Origin: Candidatus Micrarchaeia archaeon
GTDB taxonomy: Archaea; Micrarchaeota; Micrarchaeia; CABMEP01
Length of the DNA: 64,000 nt
Direction of reading: 5' to 3'
NCBI GenBank assembly: GCA_038880755.1
Contig: JAVZRC010000004.1
Coordinates: forward strand, 6,390 to 70,389
Shown: in pieces, positions 28,216 through 37,995 of the stretch
How the letters are laid out: each line of letters opens with the position of its first letter
Position numbering within the stretch: position 1 is the stretch's first letter
The notes under the pieces: model-generated
The model's database searches: none
The model's input: the letters and a program-made list of their open reading frames with translations, nothing else
What the model was told of the DNA's origin: nothing
Translations under genes and position numbers: made by a program

Positions 28216-28995
28216 TTAAACCTTACTTAAATTTTCAATTGCTGATTTTGTCCACACAGTTAATCTACCTGGCACACCTCCAGGTGCAAGATCTGAAACT
28301 TTAAGATTATCGATCGTTGTAGCTGTAACACCTGGAAGATTCTTCACTGCTTTAAGAAGCTTAGAATCCTTACCGGAAATTAAAAGTATTGACTTAGGTG
28401 TTTTTACTCCTCCTTTCCTTCCATTGTTTCTTTTAGTTTTTTGTTCAGCTCTTTCGATATCTTTTATAAGATCAAGTTGTTCGAATAAAGAAACGACTTC
28501 TTTTGTTTTTGATAAAGATTCACATGAATCATCAAGAACTATAGGTATCTCTATCTTTGGCAATGCATGTTTCTTACCCACTATTTCTTTATTAGCAGTA
28601 GCTGCAATTGCAGAATAAAGTGCTTTTCTTTTTTCTCTTTTATTTATTCTCTCAATAAGAACTTTTTCTACTTTTGGAGGATGAGCTCTTCTACCTTTTA
28701 CTGACCAAGGAACTACTCTTACTCTTCCAATCCTTCCTTTTGGATATAGTTCTCTCGGAAGTTTTGCACCTCCTCGATTCTTGAGAGAGTGATAAGCTTC
28801 TTTCCTACCTATATATCTTGCAGTTGTCTGTAAACCTGCTCTTGCAAAAGTTCCTTTTGGCTGAAGCTTTTCTGATTCCTCAGATAAAACTGCTCTTCTA
28901 ATAAGATCTTCTCTAATCTCAGTTTTAAATATCTCTGGAAGCTCTATTTTTCCAGTTGGTGAACCATTTTGAGAATATAATGAAATACTTGCCAT
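28216..28995 (-). CDS. rpl4: 50S ribosomal protein uL4
   Basis: Operon position plus the GGAKLPRELYPKGRIGRVRVVPWSVKGRRAHPPK pattern. Confidence 0.9.
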   Translation of the reverse strand: MASISLYSQNGSPTGKIELPEIFKTEIREDLIRRAVLSEESEKLQPKGTFARAGLQTTARYIGRKEAYHSLKNRGGAKLPRELYPKGRIGRVRVVPWSVKGRRAHPPKVEKVLIERINKREKRKALYSAIAATANKEIVGKKHALPKIEIPIVLDDSCESLSKTKEVVSLFEQLDLIKDIERAEQKTKRNNGRKGGVKTPKSILLISGKDSKLLKAVKNLPGVTATTIDNLKVSDLAPGGVPGRLTVWTKSAIENLSKV

Positions 28996-29021
28996 ATGAT
29001 CAACCTATTATCTTTTGAATT

Positions 29022-30002
29022 TCAGAACCATAAAATCTGTGGCTTCTGCACAGAATTATTCCTTATGGATTTTCTAAGGAATACGAATCTCTTTTGAGTT
29101 CCTGGAACCGAACCCTTAACGCATATAAATGAAGATTTTACATCTCCATAGTGTGGATAACCTCCAGGAATATTAACTTTAGATGGATCATCTCCAATCA
29201 AAAGGATTCTATTATTATATTGAGTTCTTCTATGGAATCCATGTTGACCTGCCTGTGGAGTAGTATACATAACATATGCTGGATGCCATGGACCTAATGT
29301 ACCTCTATGCCTTACTCTCCCTGTATTCTTAGGTCTTTGTTTGTGAACACCAAATCTTCTAATAACTCCCTGCCAACCATGTCCTCTGGTTACTGCTACT
29401 GCATCGACATATTCTCCTTCTTCAAATACTTGATTTGGAGTTATGTCTTTTCCGATTATCGATTTAACATACTCCAATTGAGAATTAACATCATTTCCAC
29501 CTATTGCTATTTCAACTGTGTCCCCTGTCTTCTTTGGAATTCCTGCTTCTTGTGGATTTGTTATTGCAAGAACTGAAATATAAAGATCTTTTTTATCTTC
29601 GTCTTTAAATGAAGATATTTTTTCTTCTAACCATTTTATATCGTTTCTTTTCTTATCTTTCTTTGATACGCCCAACATTGATGCTACTTTTGCATTGATT
29701 GAAAGAGCATCACCTAAACACTTAGTCCCGGTAAGGGTTTTCTGATAAAGTCTTGCACCGTAGATAGTTATTTTTGGTGCTTCTAAAACAGTAACTGGCA
29801 CTGTTAATTCCATTCCTTTTGTTGCGGATCTGGAATCGTCTATCATTCCTGCTTGCTTCATTCCTACTTTATAGACTGGATATCCCAGTAACTGCACTTT
29901 ATCAGTAATTCTCCAAGTTCGCATTCTTGGAGTAATATCTTTCGAACGTTTTCTTGGTTTAAATGCAAGAGAACCTGCTCTTGGCTTAATAACTTTTCCC
30001 AT
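29022..30002 (-). CDS. rpl3: 50S ribosomal protein uL3
   Basis: VTRGHGWQGVIRRFGVHKQRPKNTGRVRHRGTLGPWHP. Confidence 0.95.
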   Translation of the reverse strand: MGKVIKPRAGSLAFKPRKRSKDITPRMRTWRITDKVQLLGYPVYKVGMKQAGMIDDSRSATKGMELTVPVTVLEAPKITIYGARLYQKTLTGTKCLGDALSINAKVASMLGVSKKDKKRNDIKWLEEKISSFKDEDKKDLYISVLAITNPQEAGIPKKTGDTVEIAIGGNDVNSQLEYVKSIIGKDITPNQVFEEGEYVDAVAVTRGHGWQGVIRRFGVHKQRPKNTGRVRHRGTLGPWHPAYVMYTTPQAGQHGFHRRTQYNNRILLIGDDPSKVNIPGGYPHYGDVKSSFICVKGSVPGTQKRFVFLRKSIRNNSVQKPQILWF

Positions 30003-30068
30003 TTACCATCACTTTGTGAATTATGAATATGAATACTAAACTATATATGAAATGCTTTCAGTTCTATA

Positions 30069-30182
30069 GCGCGGTAGTGCATCAAAGATGCAGTATACCT
30101 GTCACGTATCAAATGATACGTGAGTCTCTCGCGTTAATCGATCGCAGAGACCGCTTTGCCGGGAAACGATCTAAAAATCGTT
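30069..30182. ncRNA. Structured GC-rich element between rpl3 and the rubrerythrin gene (operon leader or small RNA candidate; strand unresolved)
   Basis: Perfect hairpins at 30078-30092 (TGCATC/GATGCA), 30102-30123 (TCACGTATC/GATACGTGA) and 30165-30182 (AACGAT/ATCGTT), plus an imperfect hairpin at 30125-30150. A GCGG/CCGC closing stem joins 30071-74 with 30051+100, that is 30151-54. G+C is locally elevated within an AT-rich spacer. Confidence 0.35.
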
Positions 30183-30326
30183 AATATATAATATTATATT
30201 AGATTTATAAATATTACTATACCTAGCTTAACTTATCTTTTGCATTAAAAAACGTAAATAAACACGATATATTTATGAACATTTACAATCAAATATATAT
30301 TTGTGTCTAATTTTGGAGGTGTTGAA

Positions 30327-30929
30327 ATGGAGAAGACAATTGAAAATTTAGCAAAAGCATTTATAGGTGAAAGTCAAGCAAGAAATAGATATACTTTCTA
30401 TGCGAAAGTGGCAAGAAATGAAGGATATGAGCAAATTGCAGAAATATTCCTTATAACTGCAGATAATGAGAGAGAACATGCAAGTTGGCTGTTTAAACTG
30501 ATAAATGAACTGAAGAAAAAAGCTGCTGAGAGAGGAGAAAAGATAGAGAAGTACAATGAAATAAAAGTTGAAGCATCTGCTCCAACTGTATTCGGAAATA
30601 CTATCGAAAATCTTAAAGCTGCAATCGCAGGAGAAAACTATGAATATACAAAAATGTATCCTGAATTCGCTGACATAGCTGAAAAGGAAGGATTAAAAGA
30701 AATAGCACAGAGATTAAGGGCCATCGCTAAAGCTGAAGAGCACCATGAAGAACGATATAAAAAGATACTTGAACAGCTTGAAAAAGGTACATTCTTTAAT
30801 AAGAACAATAAAGTTTGGTGGGTATGTAGAGAGTGTGGTTATGTACACTTTGGAAAATTCCCTCCTGAAAAATGTCCTTCTTGTGATCATCTAAAAGCTT
30901 TCTATCAATTGAAGTGTGAAGAATATTGA
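30327..30929 (+). CDS. rbr: Rubrerythrin
   Basis: Ferritin-like diiron motifs ([28 protein letters not shown]) plus a C-terminal rubredoxin CRECGY...CPSCDH. GGAGGTG SD before the ATG at 30327. Confidence 0.9.
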   Translation: MEKTIENLAKAFIGESQARNRYTFYAKVARNEGYEQIAEIFLITADNEREHASWLFKLINELKKKAAERGEKIEKYNEIKVEASAPTVFGNTIENLKAAIAGENYEYTKMYPEFADIAEKEGLKEIAQRLRAIAKAEEHHEERYKKILEQLEKGTFFNKNNKVWWVCRECGYVHFGKFPPEKCPSCDHLKAFYQLKCEEY

Positions 30930-30955
30930 AAATAAATATTTAAAATGGTGATAAT

Positions 30956-31336
30956 ATGACAGAACTTAATCAGATATATAAATGCAGTGTATGTGGAAAT
31001 ATAGTTGAAATAGCTCATGCAGGAGTTGGAACTTTGGTCTGTTGCAATAAGAATATGGAAAAACTAGAAGAAAAAACAGAAGACCAAGGCTATGAAAAAC
31101 ATGTACCTGTAATCGAAAAGATTAGGGGTGGTTTTAAAGTTAAAATAGGTTCAATTCCACATCCAATGGAACCTGAACATTATATTGAATTTATAGAAGT
31201 ACTTGCAGATGATAAAATATATAGAAATTACCTAAAACCAGGTCAAACTCCTGAGGCTGAATTCAAAATAAATGCAAAGAAAATAACTGCAAGAGAATAC
31301 TGTAACATCCATGGATTATGGAAGAAAGAACAATGA
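30956..31336 (+). CDS. dfx: Desulfoferrodoxin (2Fe superoxide reductase)
   Basis: Desulforedoxin N-domain [11 protein letters not shown]...LVCC, and SOR centre [10 protein letters not shown]...HPMEPEHYI...CNIHGLW. Confidence 0.9.
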   Translation: MTELNQIYKCSVCGNIVEIAHAGVGTLVCCNKNMEKLEEKTEDQGYEKHVPVIEKIRGGFKVKIGSIPHPMEPEHYIEFIEVLADDKIYRNYLKPGQTPEAEFKINAKKITAREYCNIHGLWKKEQ

Positions 31337-31393
31337 TTTTCTATTTTTTATTATTTTTATTTTTTCTTCTAATTATATTTTAATTTATTAGCT

Positions 31394-32632
31394 TTAGAAT
31401 GAATTTATATTTTCCCAACTTTTATCCTGGATAACTACATTTAAAACCGAACGAACGTGCTCTCTTGCCCATATATCTGCTTGAAGAATGTCTTGAAGGT
31501 TTGGATTCTGAACAACTGTATGCTTATGAACATCCATCGTATGTCTTACTACTCTTATTATGTCACCGAATTTAATCTTTCCTTGTAAGAAATATTCTAC
31601 AACTGCTACTTCATTTGCTGCATTCATAACTGTAGGCATCGTTCCGCCGATCTTTCCTGCTTCGTATGCATATAATAAAGCTGGAAATCTAACTGTATCT
31701 GGTTCAAAAAATGTCAGATGACCAACTTTAATCAAATCTAAAAATGCATAATCACCGCTTGGTAATCTATCTGGATAGGATAATGCATATTGGATCGGTA
31801 TACGCATATCGTGAACACCGATCTGTGCCATTATAGAACCATCAACATATTCAACCATTGAATGAATTATAGATTGAGGGTGTATTACAACTGAAATTTG
31901 TTCATAAGGAATATCATAAAGCCAATGGGCTTCTATAACCTCTAAACCTTTATTCATGAGTGTTGCACTATCGACAGTAATCTTTCCACCCATATTCCAA
32001 GTTGGGTGTTTAAGTGCTTGTTCTCTAGTTGCTTCATTTATTTTTTCTGCTGGCCATACTTTTTCATCTCTAAATGGACCTCCCGAACATGTTAATATTA
32101 TTCTCTTTACTTGCTTCTTTTTATTGCCTTGTAAAGACTGGAAAATTGCCGAATGTTCACTATCTATTGGCATAATTGCTACTCCGTATTTTTTTGCACT
32201 TTCCATAACTATGCTTCCAGCACAGACTAATGTCTCTTTGTTTGCAAGAGCAATATTTTTCTTTTTCTTTATTGCCTCTAATGTAGGGATTAAACCAACA
32301 CTCCCAACAACTGCAGTTACAACTGTATCAACCATAGGAAAGGTAGAAACTGAAACAAGACCTTCATTGCCAGATAGGATCACTATCTTTTGACCGTGAC
32401 CTAAATTATCGTGCATCAATCTTTCCTTAAGCTTAATGGCTGCATCGGTTCTGTACATTGATACGATTTTAGGTTTAAATTCATGTATTTGCTCAACCAT
32501 AAGATCTATATCTTTATCAGTACCGTATGCGGCTAAACCTACTACTCTAAATTTATTCTGGTGATTTCTTATAACATCTAATGTCTGAGTACCTATGCTT
32601 CCTGTAGAACCTAAAATAGATACGTTCTTCAT
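31394..32632 (-). CDS. dxr: 1-deoxy-D-xylulose 5-phosphate reductoisomerase (MEP pathway)
   Basis: ILGSTGSIGTQTLDVI, ALANKETLVCAG, IDSEHSAIFQ, LTCSGGPFRD, HPTWNMGGKITVDSATLMNKGLEVIEAH. Confidence 0.9.
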   Translation of the reverse strand: MKNVSILGSTGSIGTQTLDVIRNHQNKFRVVGLAAYGTDKDIDLMVEQIHEFKPKIVSMYRTDAAIKLKERLMHDNLGHGQKIVILSGNEGLVSVSTFPMVDTVVTAVVGSVGLIPTLEAIKKKKNIALANKETLVCAGSIVMESAKKYGVAIMPIDSEHSAIFQSLQGNKKKQVKRIILTCSGGPFRDEKVWPAEKINEATREQALKHPTWNMGGKITVDSATLMNKGLEVIEAHWLYDIPYEQISVVIHPQSIIHSMVEYVDGSIMAQIGVHDMRIPIQYALSYPDRLPSGDYAFLDLIKVGHLTFFEPDTVRFPALLYAYEAGKIGGTMPTVMNAANEVAVVEYFLQGKIKFGDIIRVVRHTMDVHKHTVVQNPNLQDILQADIWAREHVRSVLNVVIQDKSWENINSF

Positions 32633-32915
32633 AAAAATCACAAAATTAAGGAACGTTTTAAATATATATACTTTTCCATTAAACAGCTAAAATATTTAAC
32701 GATGTATAAAATGAGTGAAGTATTAACTATGCCGTATGTATTTTTATCTGCTGTCTTTAGGAAAAAATATAGATTTTGTTATTTAGAATATTACATATTT
32801 AAATCAAAGATATGGATCTATCATGCCGAGTAAAGAAGAAATAGAAGCGAATGTTAATGCATGTTTAAGATAATTTGGGTAGACATTTTTACATTTAAAT
32901 TTTAAAAGTGATTTT

Positions 32916-33203
32916 ATGGAAAAAGGTGAACCGACTTTAGATGAAGTTCTAAGAAATGGAAAGGGCGAATACAGAGTGCACAGAAAAGGAATGTTTCAAA
33001 GGATAATATTTACAGTAAAAATAATAAAAGAACCTTATGGTGAATATCCAGTTCTATTTACTGATAGGATAATAGATATGAAAGAAGCAGTTAGGCTCGC
33101 AGAAGAACTTCAGATAGCTGTATTTACACCTAATGGAAATGTATTCCCAAAAGGAAAAAGTGGGAAAGATTTAACAGAATTGATGAGTAAAATAAAAAGA
33201 TAA
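32916..33203 (+). CDS. Hypothetical protein (95 aa)
   Basis: ORF with an AGTGAT SD. No family recognised. Confidence 0.5.
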   Translation: MEKGEPTLDEVLRNGKGEYRVHRKGMFQRIIFTVKIIKEPYGEYPVLFTDRIIDMKEAVRLAEELQIAVFTPNGNVFPKGKSGKDLTELMSKIKR

Positions 33204-33236
33204 CAAATTTAATTATCGGATAAATTGAATTGATAA

Positions 33237-33962
33237 TTAGAGATTCAAATTTTGATTGAACATATCTTGAATCTCTTCTGAATAAATGAAACTTATCTCC
33301 TTCTCTATCTCATCCTCGGTAAGAACCCCGATTTTAATTGCAAGTTCAAGAAGACCAATTTCTCTTTCTGAAATTTCAATTTCGTTTTCTTTTAAATGAT
33401 TTAAAACAAGTTCAGCAACATCAGCTATCCAAACTCTTGCAAGTTCAAGTCGAAATGCATCTAAGAATGTATTACCATACATAAAATAAAGTAAAGAATA
33501 AAATTCTCCTCTATTAATTGTCTTATCTTGATTAAATGGAATTATATGTTCTGGACAATCGACAGATATCATTCCTTCCATAAATTTAAATCCTAAATGA
33601 AAGAGAGGAAAAGCACGACAAACAAGTGGCCTATTCTCATATATATTGCATTTAGAGACGCCGTATTCAAAAGAAAGAAAAGGACATGATTCTTCTGAAC
33701 TTATTTCCATTATTTTATCATTCTTAGATACTTTCTGAATAGGTTTTGTAGCTTTTGATTTAGATAGTGATTGTGGTTTAGTTTGTAAACCCCAATAAAG
33801 AATTATTTCTGTATTTTTGTACTTTATCTTATTTCCAGGAATTATCTTTATGGAAGGATCTAAAGAAAGAAGTAAATCTTTTTCCCATTCGAACAGTGCA
33901 AGATTTTGCATGTTTTTACAACAATATCCGCAATTAATACATTTAAATTTATTATTTTTCAT
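33237..33962 (-). CDS. YkgJ-family CxxCxxCC cysteine-cluster (zinc/iron-chelating) protein
   Basis: N-terminal FKCINCGYCCKN motif and further Cys (CPFLS, CNIYENRPLVCRAFP), typical of UPF0153/YkgJ. Confidence 0.65.
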   Translation of the reverse strand: MKNNKFKCINCGYCCKNMQNLALFEWEKDLLLSLDPSIKIIPGNKIKYKNTEIILYWGLQTKPQSLSKSKATKPIQKVSKNDKIMEISSEESCPFLSFEYGVSKCNIYENRPLVCRAFPLFHLGFKFMEGMISVDCPEHIIPFNQDKTINRGEFYSLLYFMYGNTFLDAFRLELARVWIADVAELVLNHLKENEIEISEREIGLLELAIKIGVLTEDEIEKEISFIYSEEIQDMFNQNLNL

Positions 33963-33992
33963 CAAAAAACCTTCAAAAACCAAAAACAAAAA

Positions 33993-34862
33993 TTATCTAA
34001 TATATGAAAGCTCATCAGGTTTCTTTGGAATTTCAATTGGCATCTGTCCTCTACTCAATTCCTCCTCCAATTTCTTAATTATACCTTCACTTTCTTTTGC
34101 TTTTTCTGTAAGCTTAGAAACGTCAACCTTAATTCCAGTTATTTCTGATAGAACTTCAATCACTCTCTGAGCAGATTTATGGTCAATATATGTTCCGTGT
34201 GTCTCTCCCATTAAACATATACCATCCATTCCTTTTAATTTTCCAAGTCCAAGCAAGACACCTGCAGCTCCTATTATAGAACCTTCAACCTCTCCAAAAG
34301 TAACACCAAATTTCTTATAGAATTCAACGTCCTCTTTATTTATAACTGCACCAAAAACTCTAGGTTTCTCTACAAGTTTGCCTATCCCATACCCACCAAG
34401 AGTTATTATTCTTTTGCCACCTAACAGAGAGAAGTATTCTAATATAATATTCATTACTTCGAACTGAGCTCTTGAACTAACTGGTTGAACGTCGCCGATT
34501 AAAATAATTAGATCATTTTTCTTTTTTGGATCTTTGTAAAGATAAAACTCATTAACAAGCATCTTTATTGTCCCATCTTTGTTAATTAAAACTTGATGTG
34601 GAAAATGATACGAATATAATGTTGCTATTTTCTTAGCCTTTAGTTCTGAAACTAAATGTTCTGCCGCGAGTTTACCTACAAAGCCGATTCCCGGTAATCC
34701 TTCAACAAGTATTGGGTTTACTAGTCCAGAAACTTTTTCATGTATTTCTATGTTAGTTTTTATTCCATGTTTAGTTGAAAGAAATGCTTTTTCTAATATA
34801 TGGTTTGATTTTTGTTCTTTTTTTCGTGGAATTTGTTTCTTAGATTCTGATCTTTTGACCAT
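33993..34862 (-). CDS. PAC2-family proteasome assembly chaperone-like protein
   Basis: VEGLPGIGFVGKLAAEHLVSEL signature. Conserved location next to nop10 and aIF2alpha. Confidence 0.7.
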   Translation of the reverse strand: MVKRSESKKQIPRKKEQKSNHILEKAFLSTKHGIKTNIEIHEKVSGLVNPILVEGLPGIGFVGKLAAEHLVSELKAKKIATLYSYHFPHQVLINKDGTIKMLVNEFYLYKDPKKKNDLIILIGDVQPVSSRAQFEVMNIILEYFSLLGGKRIITLGGYGIGKLVEKPRVFGAVINKEDVEFYKKFGVTFGEVEGSIIGAAGVLLGLGKLKGMDGICLMGETHGTYIDHKSAQRVIEVLSEITGIKVDVSKLTEKAKESEGIIKKLEEELSRGQMPIEIPKKPDELSYIR

Positions 34863-34913
34863 AAAATCACCAATGATCTTATTAATAAATGCAAATTAGG
34901 AATTAAAGAAGAT

Positions 34914-35111
34914 TCAGTAGGGTATCTTTTCCCTTTCTATTACTTTATGCATTTCTTTTTCTTCCAAATTCTTAATTCTTGATTTTATCCTTTCTCTAAT
35001 ATTTTTCTCAACTCCACTCGCAATTGGATGCGGAGAAATCGTATCTTTGTTACAGTGTGTGTTTGAAAGAGTGTATTTATTACATAATTGACATTTCCTT
35101 ATTTTTTTCAT
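34914..35111 (-). CDS. nop10: H/ACA RNP protein Nop10 (divergent)
   Basis: MKKIRKCQLCNKYTLSNTHCNKDTISPHP zinc-ribbon-like N-terminus. Conserved position downstream of aIF2alpha. Confidence 0.6.
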   Translation of the reverse strand: MKKIRKCQLCNKYTLSNTHCNKDTISPHPIASGVEKNIRERIKSRIKNLEEKEMHKVIEREKIPY

Positions 35112-35174
35112 TTTTATCGCCAATTTAGAGATATTTTTCTTTAAATAATGCAGAAAGAACAAAAAACAAAAAAA

Positions 35175-35957
35175 TCATTCTTCCTCTCTTTCAAATTTGA
35201 CTTCACATTCATTTTTTGAAGCTAATTTAGTAATATTATCAACAAATTGTTTTAATTTCTTCTCACATTTTTTGAAATCATCGTCTTGAACAACTATCTG
35301 ATAGTATGGTGCTCCCAAATAGTGAACATAAATACCGGAATTCGGATCTACTGAAAGCAAATCTTTTATTACGTTTATTCCACCTTCCTTTGTACATCTT
35401 AATGATATTTTCCCCTTTATTAACCTAACTTGTTTCTTTATATTCTCATTTGCAGTTTCGAAAATTGCTTCAATCCATTCCTGTGGAAGTTTTGTCTTTT
35501 TTAGAACAGATTCTCCTTCTCTAACAACTTCTTCAAATGCAGAAAATGAATCATCAAAATGCGATTCGAGAATGGATTTCACTTCTTCGATTGAAAGCTT
35601 TGTAGTTTTGTTTGCATTTTTTATCTTTTCTTTTGCAACTTCAAGAAGCTTTAATACTCTCTTGTCTCTTTTAATTTGTTCAAGTTTTCTTTGTTGTTCT
35701 GCTTCTGTAACTCTTTTTAAAGATACATCCACCATGTTTTTTTCAGGAACCACTCTATGTACTCTAACTACAAGTCTTTGACCTTCTTTAAGGAAGTTTC
35801 TTATATTCTTTACCCATCCGGATGAGACTTCGGAAACATGGAGAAATGCATCCATGTTATAGTCTTCCATTTTGCAAAATGCCCCATAAGGAAAAACTTT
35901 TGTAACAGTTACAACAACTAGCTCATCTAATTCTGGGACACTTTTCTTTTTTTCCAT
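35175..35957 (-). CDS. eif2a: Translation initiation factor aIF2 alpha subunit
   Basis: S1 domain ELVVVTVTKVFPYGAFCKMEDYNMDAFLHVSEVSSGWVKNIRNFLKEGQ. 260 aa. Confidence 0.9.
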   Translation of the reverse strand: MEKKKSVPELDELVVVTVTKVFPYGAFCKMEDYNMDAFLHVSEVSSGWVKNIRNFLKEGQRLVVRVHRVVPEKNMVDVSLKRVTEAEQQRKLEQIKRDKRVLKLLEVAKEKIKNANKTTKLSIEEVKSILESHFDDSFSAFEEVVREGESVLKKTKLPQEWIEAIFETANENIKKQVRLIKGKISLRCTKEGGINVIKDLLSVDPNSGIYVHYLGAPYYQIVVQDDDFKKCEKKLKQFVDNITKLASKNECEVKFEREEE

Positions 35958-35981
35958 CTAATTACCTTTAATAATATTAAA

Positions 35982-36155
35982 TTAAACCACTTTTGTTATT
36001 TTACCAAGTATCTTTGCATAGCCCCCAGTGGGTTTTGCAAGCGGTTTCTTGCATAAGCTACATAAAACTGTTCTTTTTGCAGTATTAAAAACGTATTGTT
36101 CATTTCCACATTCATGTTTAACTAATAAGAATTTTGAATTTGATGATGTCTTCAT
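35982..36155 (-). CDS. rps27e: 30S ribosomal protein eS27 (57 aa); not in the ORF track
   Basis: Hand translation: MKTSSNSKFLLVKHECGNEQYVFNTAKRTVLCSLCKKPLAKPTGGYAKILGKITKVV. GAGGTGAT SD. Confidence 0.85.
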   Translation of the reverse strand: MKTSSNSKFLLVKHECGNEQYVFNTAKRTVLCSLCKKPLAKPTGGYAKILGKITKVV

Positions 36156-36185
36156 TATATCACCTCAGAAAGGGGTAATAACAGA

Positions 36186-36473
36186 TTATTCCTTCTTGGT
36201 TATCTCAAGGACTTTCCTTGTTCTTGTCCCAATTATTCTTTCTTGTTTCTTCTTGCATTCAGTGCATTCAAGAATTACTTTTTGATGTTTACCCATTTTC
36301 TTAACTGATTTCTTACCCTTGACCTTACCTACGTAACCTGTAAGTTTTCTGTCGTATCTTGCCTGACCTACTGAAAAAGGTGATTGCTTTCCTTTTTTAT
36401 AAAGCTTAACCTTTTGTGTGGTATGTTTATTACAACTTGGACAATATGTTCTAATCGTATCAACCATCTTCAT
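36186..36473 (-). CDS. rpl44e: 50S ribosomal protein eL42 (L44e)
   Basis: RTYCPSCNKHTTQKVKLYKKGKQSPFSVGQARYDRKLTGYVGKVKG...LECTECKKK. Confidence 0.9.
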   Translation of the reverse strand: MKMVDTIRTYCPSCNKHTTQKVKLYKKGKQSPFSVGQARYDRKLTGYVGKVKGKKSVKKMGKHQKVILECTECKKKQERIIGTRTRKVLEITKKE

Positions 36474-36623
36474 AATATCAGCTCCTTTAAGTAGCAAAAA
36501 TACACAATTCCATAGTGAAATATTCACAATTAGGAGATTGTTATATTAATATTTACATATAAATATAAAAATATTAGTATATCAGTAGATTTACTAGACT
36601 TAGCTGTTTCTAATAGTAAAATA

Positions 36624-37172
36624 TTATTCTACCTGTTTAGCTACTCCTATTTGGATTAACATTTCTGCATCTTCATATGTTAATTCTACTTCGGTTTGTT
36701 GCTTAAAAGGACCTATTACTGAACCATTTGCACCCACAAACTCATCTACATCTTTAAGAAGCATTATCTTTAACTTATTGCTTTTTGCCTTTAAAACTGA
36801 TATTTGTTCTTTGTTATCGCACTCTTTTTTCTGACAAACTAGTTCAAGATCTGTTTCACTGTTGAATTTTTTGATAATTGGAACTATTTGATTGTATATC
36901 TCTCGTTCTCTATCGAGCATTTCTGGTGGAAGTTCGATTTCCTTATCATAACTAAGAATATAATTAAATACTTTCTCTAATCTTCTCTGATAGATGTACT
37001 TTATCATTTTCAATGCATTGTTATATTCCCTCATCCCACTTGGATCTGATTTATCATAAGATGCAAGCAGTCTTCCTGCAAGTTGATAGAAATTTGAAGG
37101 TATAGCTGAAAGTCTTGAACCTTTTTCTCTTGCATGTATTCTCATAAGTTCATCATAAGTAAGTTCTTCCAT
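36624..37172 (-). CDS. GINS subunit (Gins51/Gins15-like)
   Basis: N-terminal LTYDELMRIHAREKGSRLSAIPSNFYQLAGRLL. C-terminal B-domain-like LKDVDEFVGANGSVIGPFKQQTEVELTYEDAEMLIQIGVA. Located next to the primase genes. Confidence 0.65.
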   Translation of the reverse strand: MEELTYDELMRIHAREKGSRLSAIPSNFYQLAGRLLASYDKSDPSGMREYNNALKMIKYIYQRRLEKVFNYILSYDKEIELPPEMLDREREIYNQIVPIIKKFNSETDLELVCQKKECDNKEQISVLKAKSNKLKIMLLKDVDEFVGANGSVIGPFKQQTEVELTYEDAEMLIQIGVAKQVE

Positions 37173-37299
37173 ACAATCATCTTAAACATAAGAAAATCTT
37201 ATAGGAAAGTAATATTAAATTTGATAGAAATATATATTAATCATTACTTTATGTTGTTCAACTATTCGTAATAATAACTGTTAATTAGAAACTATCATT

Positions 37300-37929
37300 T
37301 CACCTTTTGTCTATAAGATCTTCCAAAACATTCAATGCTTTCTCTCTAACACTCAATACAGGATCTAAAATTGAAATTGATTCTAATTGAGTTTTTGCTT
37401 CTATTATTTTTAGCTTTAAAACTGCCTTAATAGACGCAATTCGAATAACATGACGCTTATCTGAAAGGAAATGAGTTATAAAAAGTTCAATTTCTTCTCT
37501 TATTTGATTTCCTTTTTCAAATTTTAAACCTATCTCAGATAGAGAATTGATCATCTCTTCCTTCACAATCCAATCTTTTTCTCTCTTTAATGAACTAATT
37601 AGTAAAAGGCTTGCTTTTTCATAATCGGAGTAAAATCTCAGTGCATATGATATAATTCTTCTAACTCCAAGATTTGAATCTTTGATTAAATAAGAGATGG
37701 TCTGCCACTTCAACCTTTTTGCTAGTTCAGGATCTTTTTTCTTTAATAAATTTCTTACTAATAGAACTTGATCTTCACTAATTAGACCTTTCTTCACGTA
37801 TTGTGCAAGTGAATCGTTATACTGCTTATAATTAGATATTATTTCTTCATTACTGCATGAAAAATTATTTTCAAATTTTTTATCATTTCCAGAGAATCCA
37901 TTAGAACTATTTCTTTGATCAAAAATCAT
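37300..37929 (-). CDS. Hypothetical HEAT/ARM-like helical repeat protein
   Basis: Repeated helix pairs with VRRIISYALRF / VIRIASIKAVLKL / VREKALNVLEDL. Weak assignment. Confidence 0.4.
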   Translation of the reverse strand: MIFDQRNSSNGFSGNDKKFENNFSCSNEEIISNYKQYNDSLAQYVKKGLISEDQVLLVRNLLKKKDPELAKRLKWQTISYLIKDSNLGVRRIISYALRFYSDYEKASLLLISSLKREKDWIVKEEMINSLSEIGLKFEKGNQIREEIELFITHFLSDKRHVIRIASIKAVLKLKIIEAKTQLESISILDPVLSVREKALNVLEDLIDKR

Positions 37930-37995
37930 GTTATCACAAAAATAAGAAACTTTTGAAATAAATAAAGCTTACGGTTTATTTAGAATTTAAATTAG

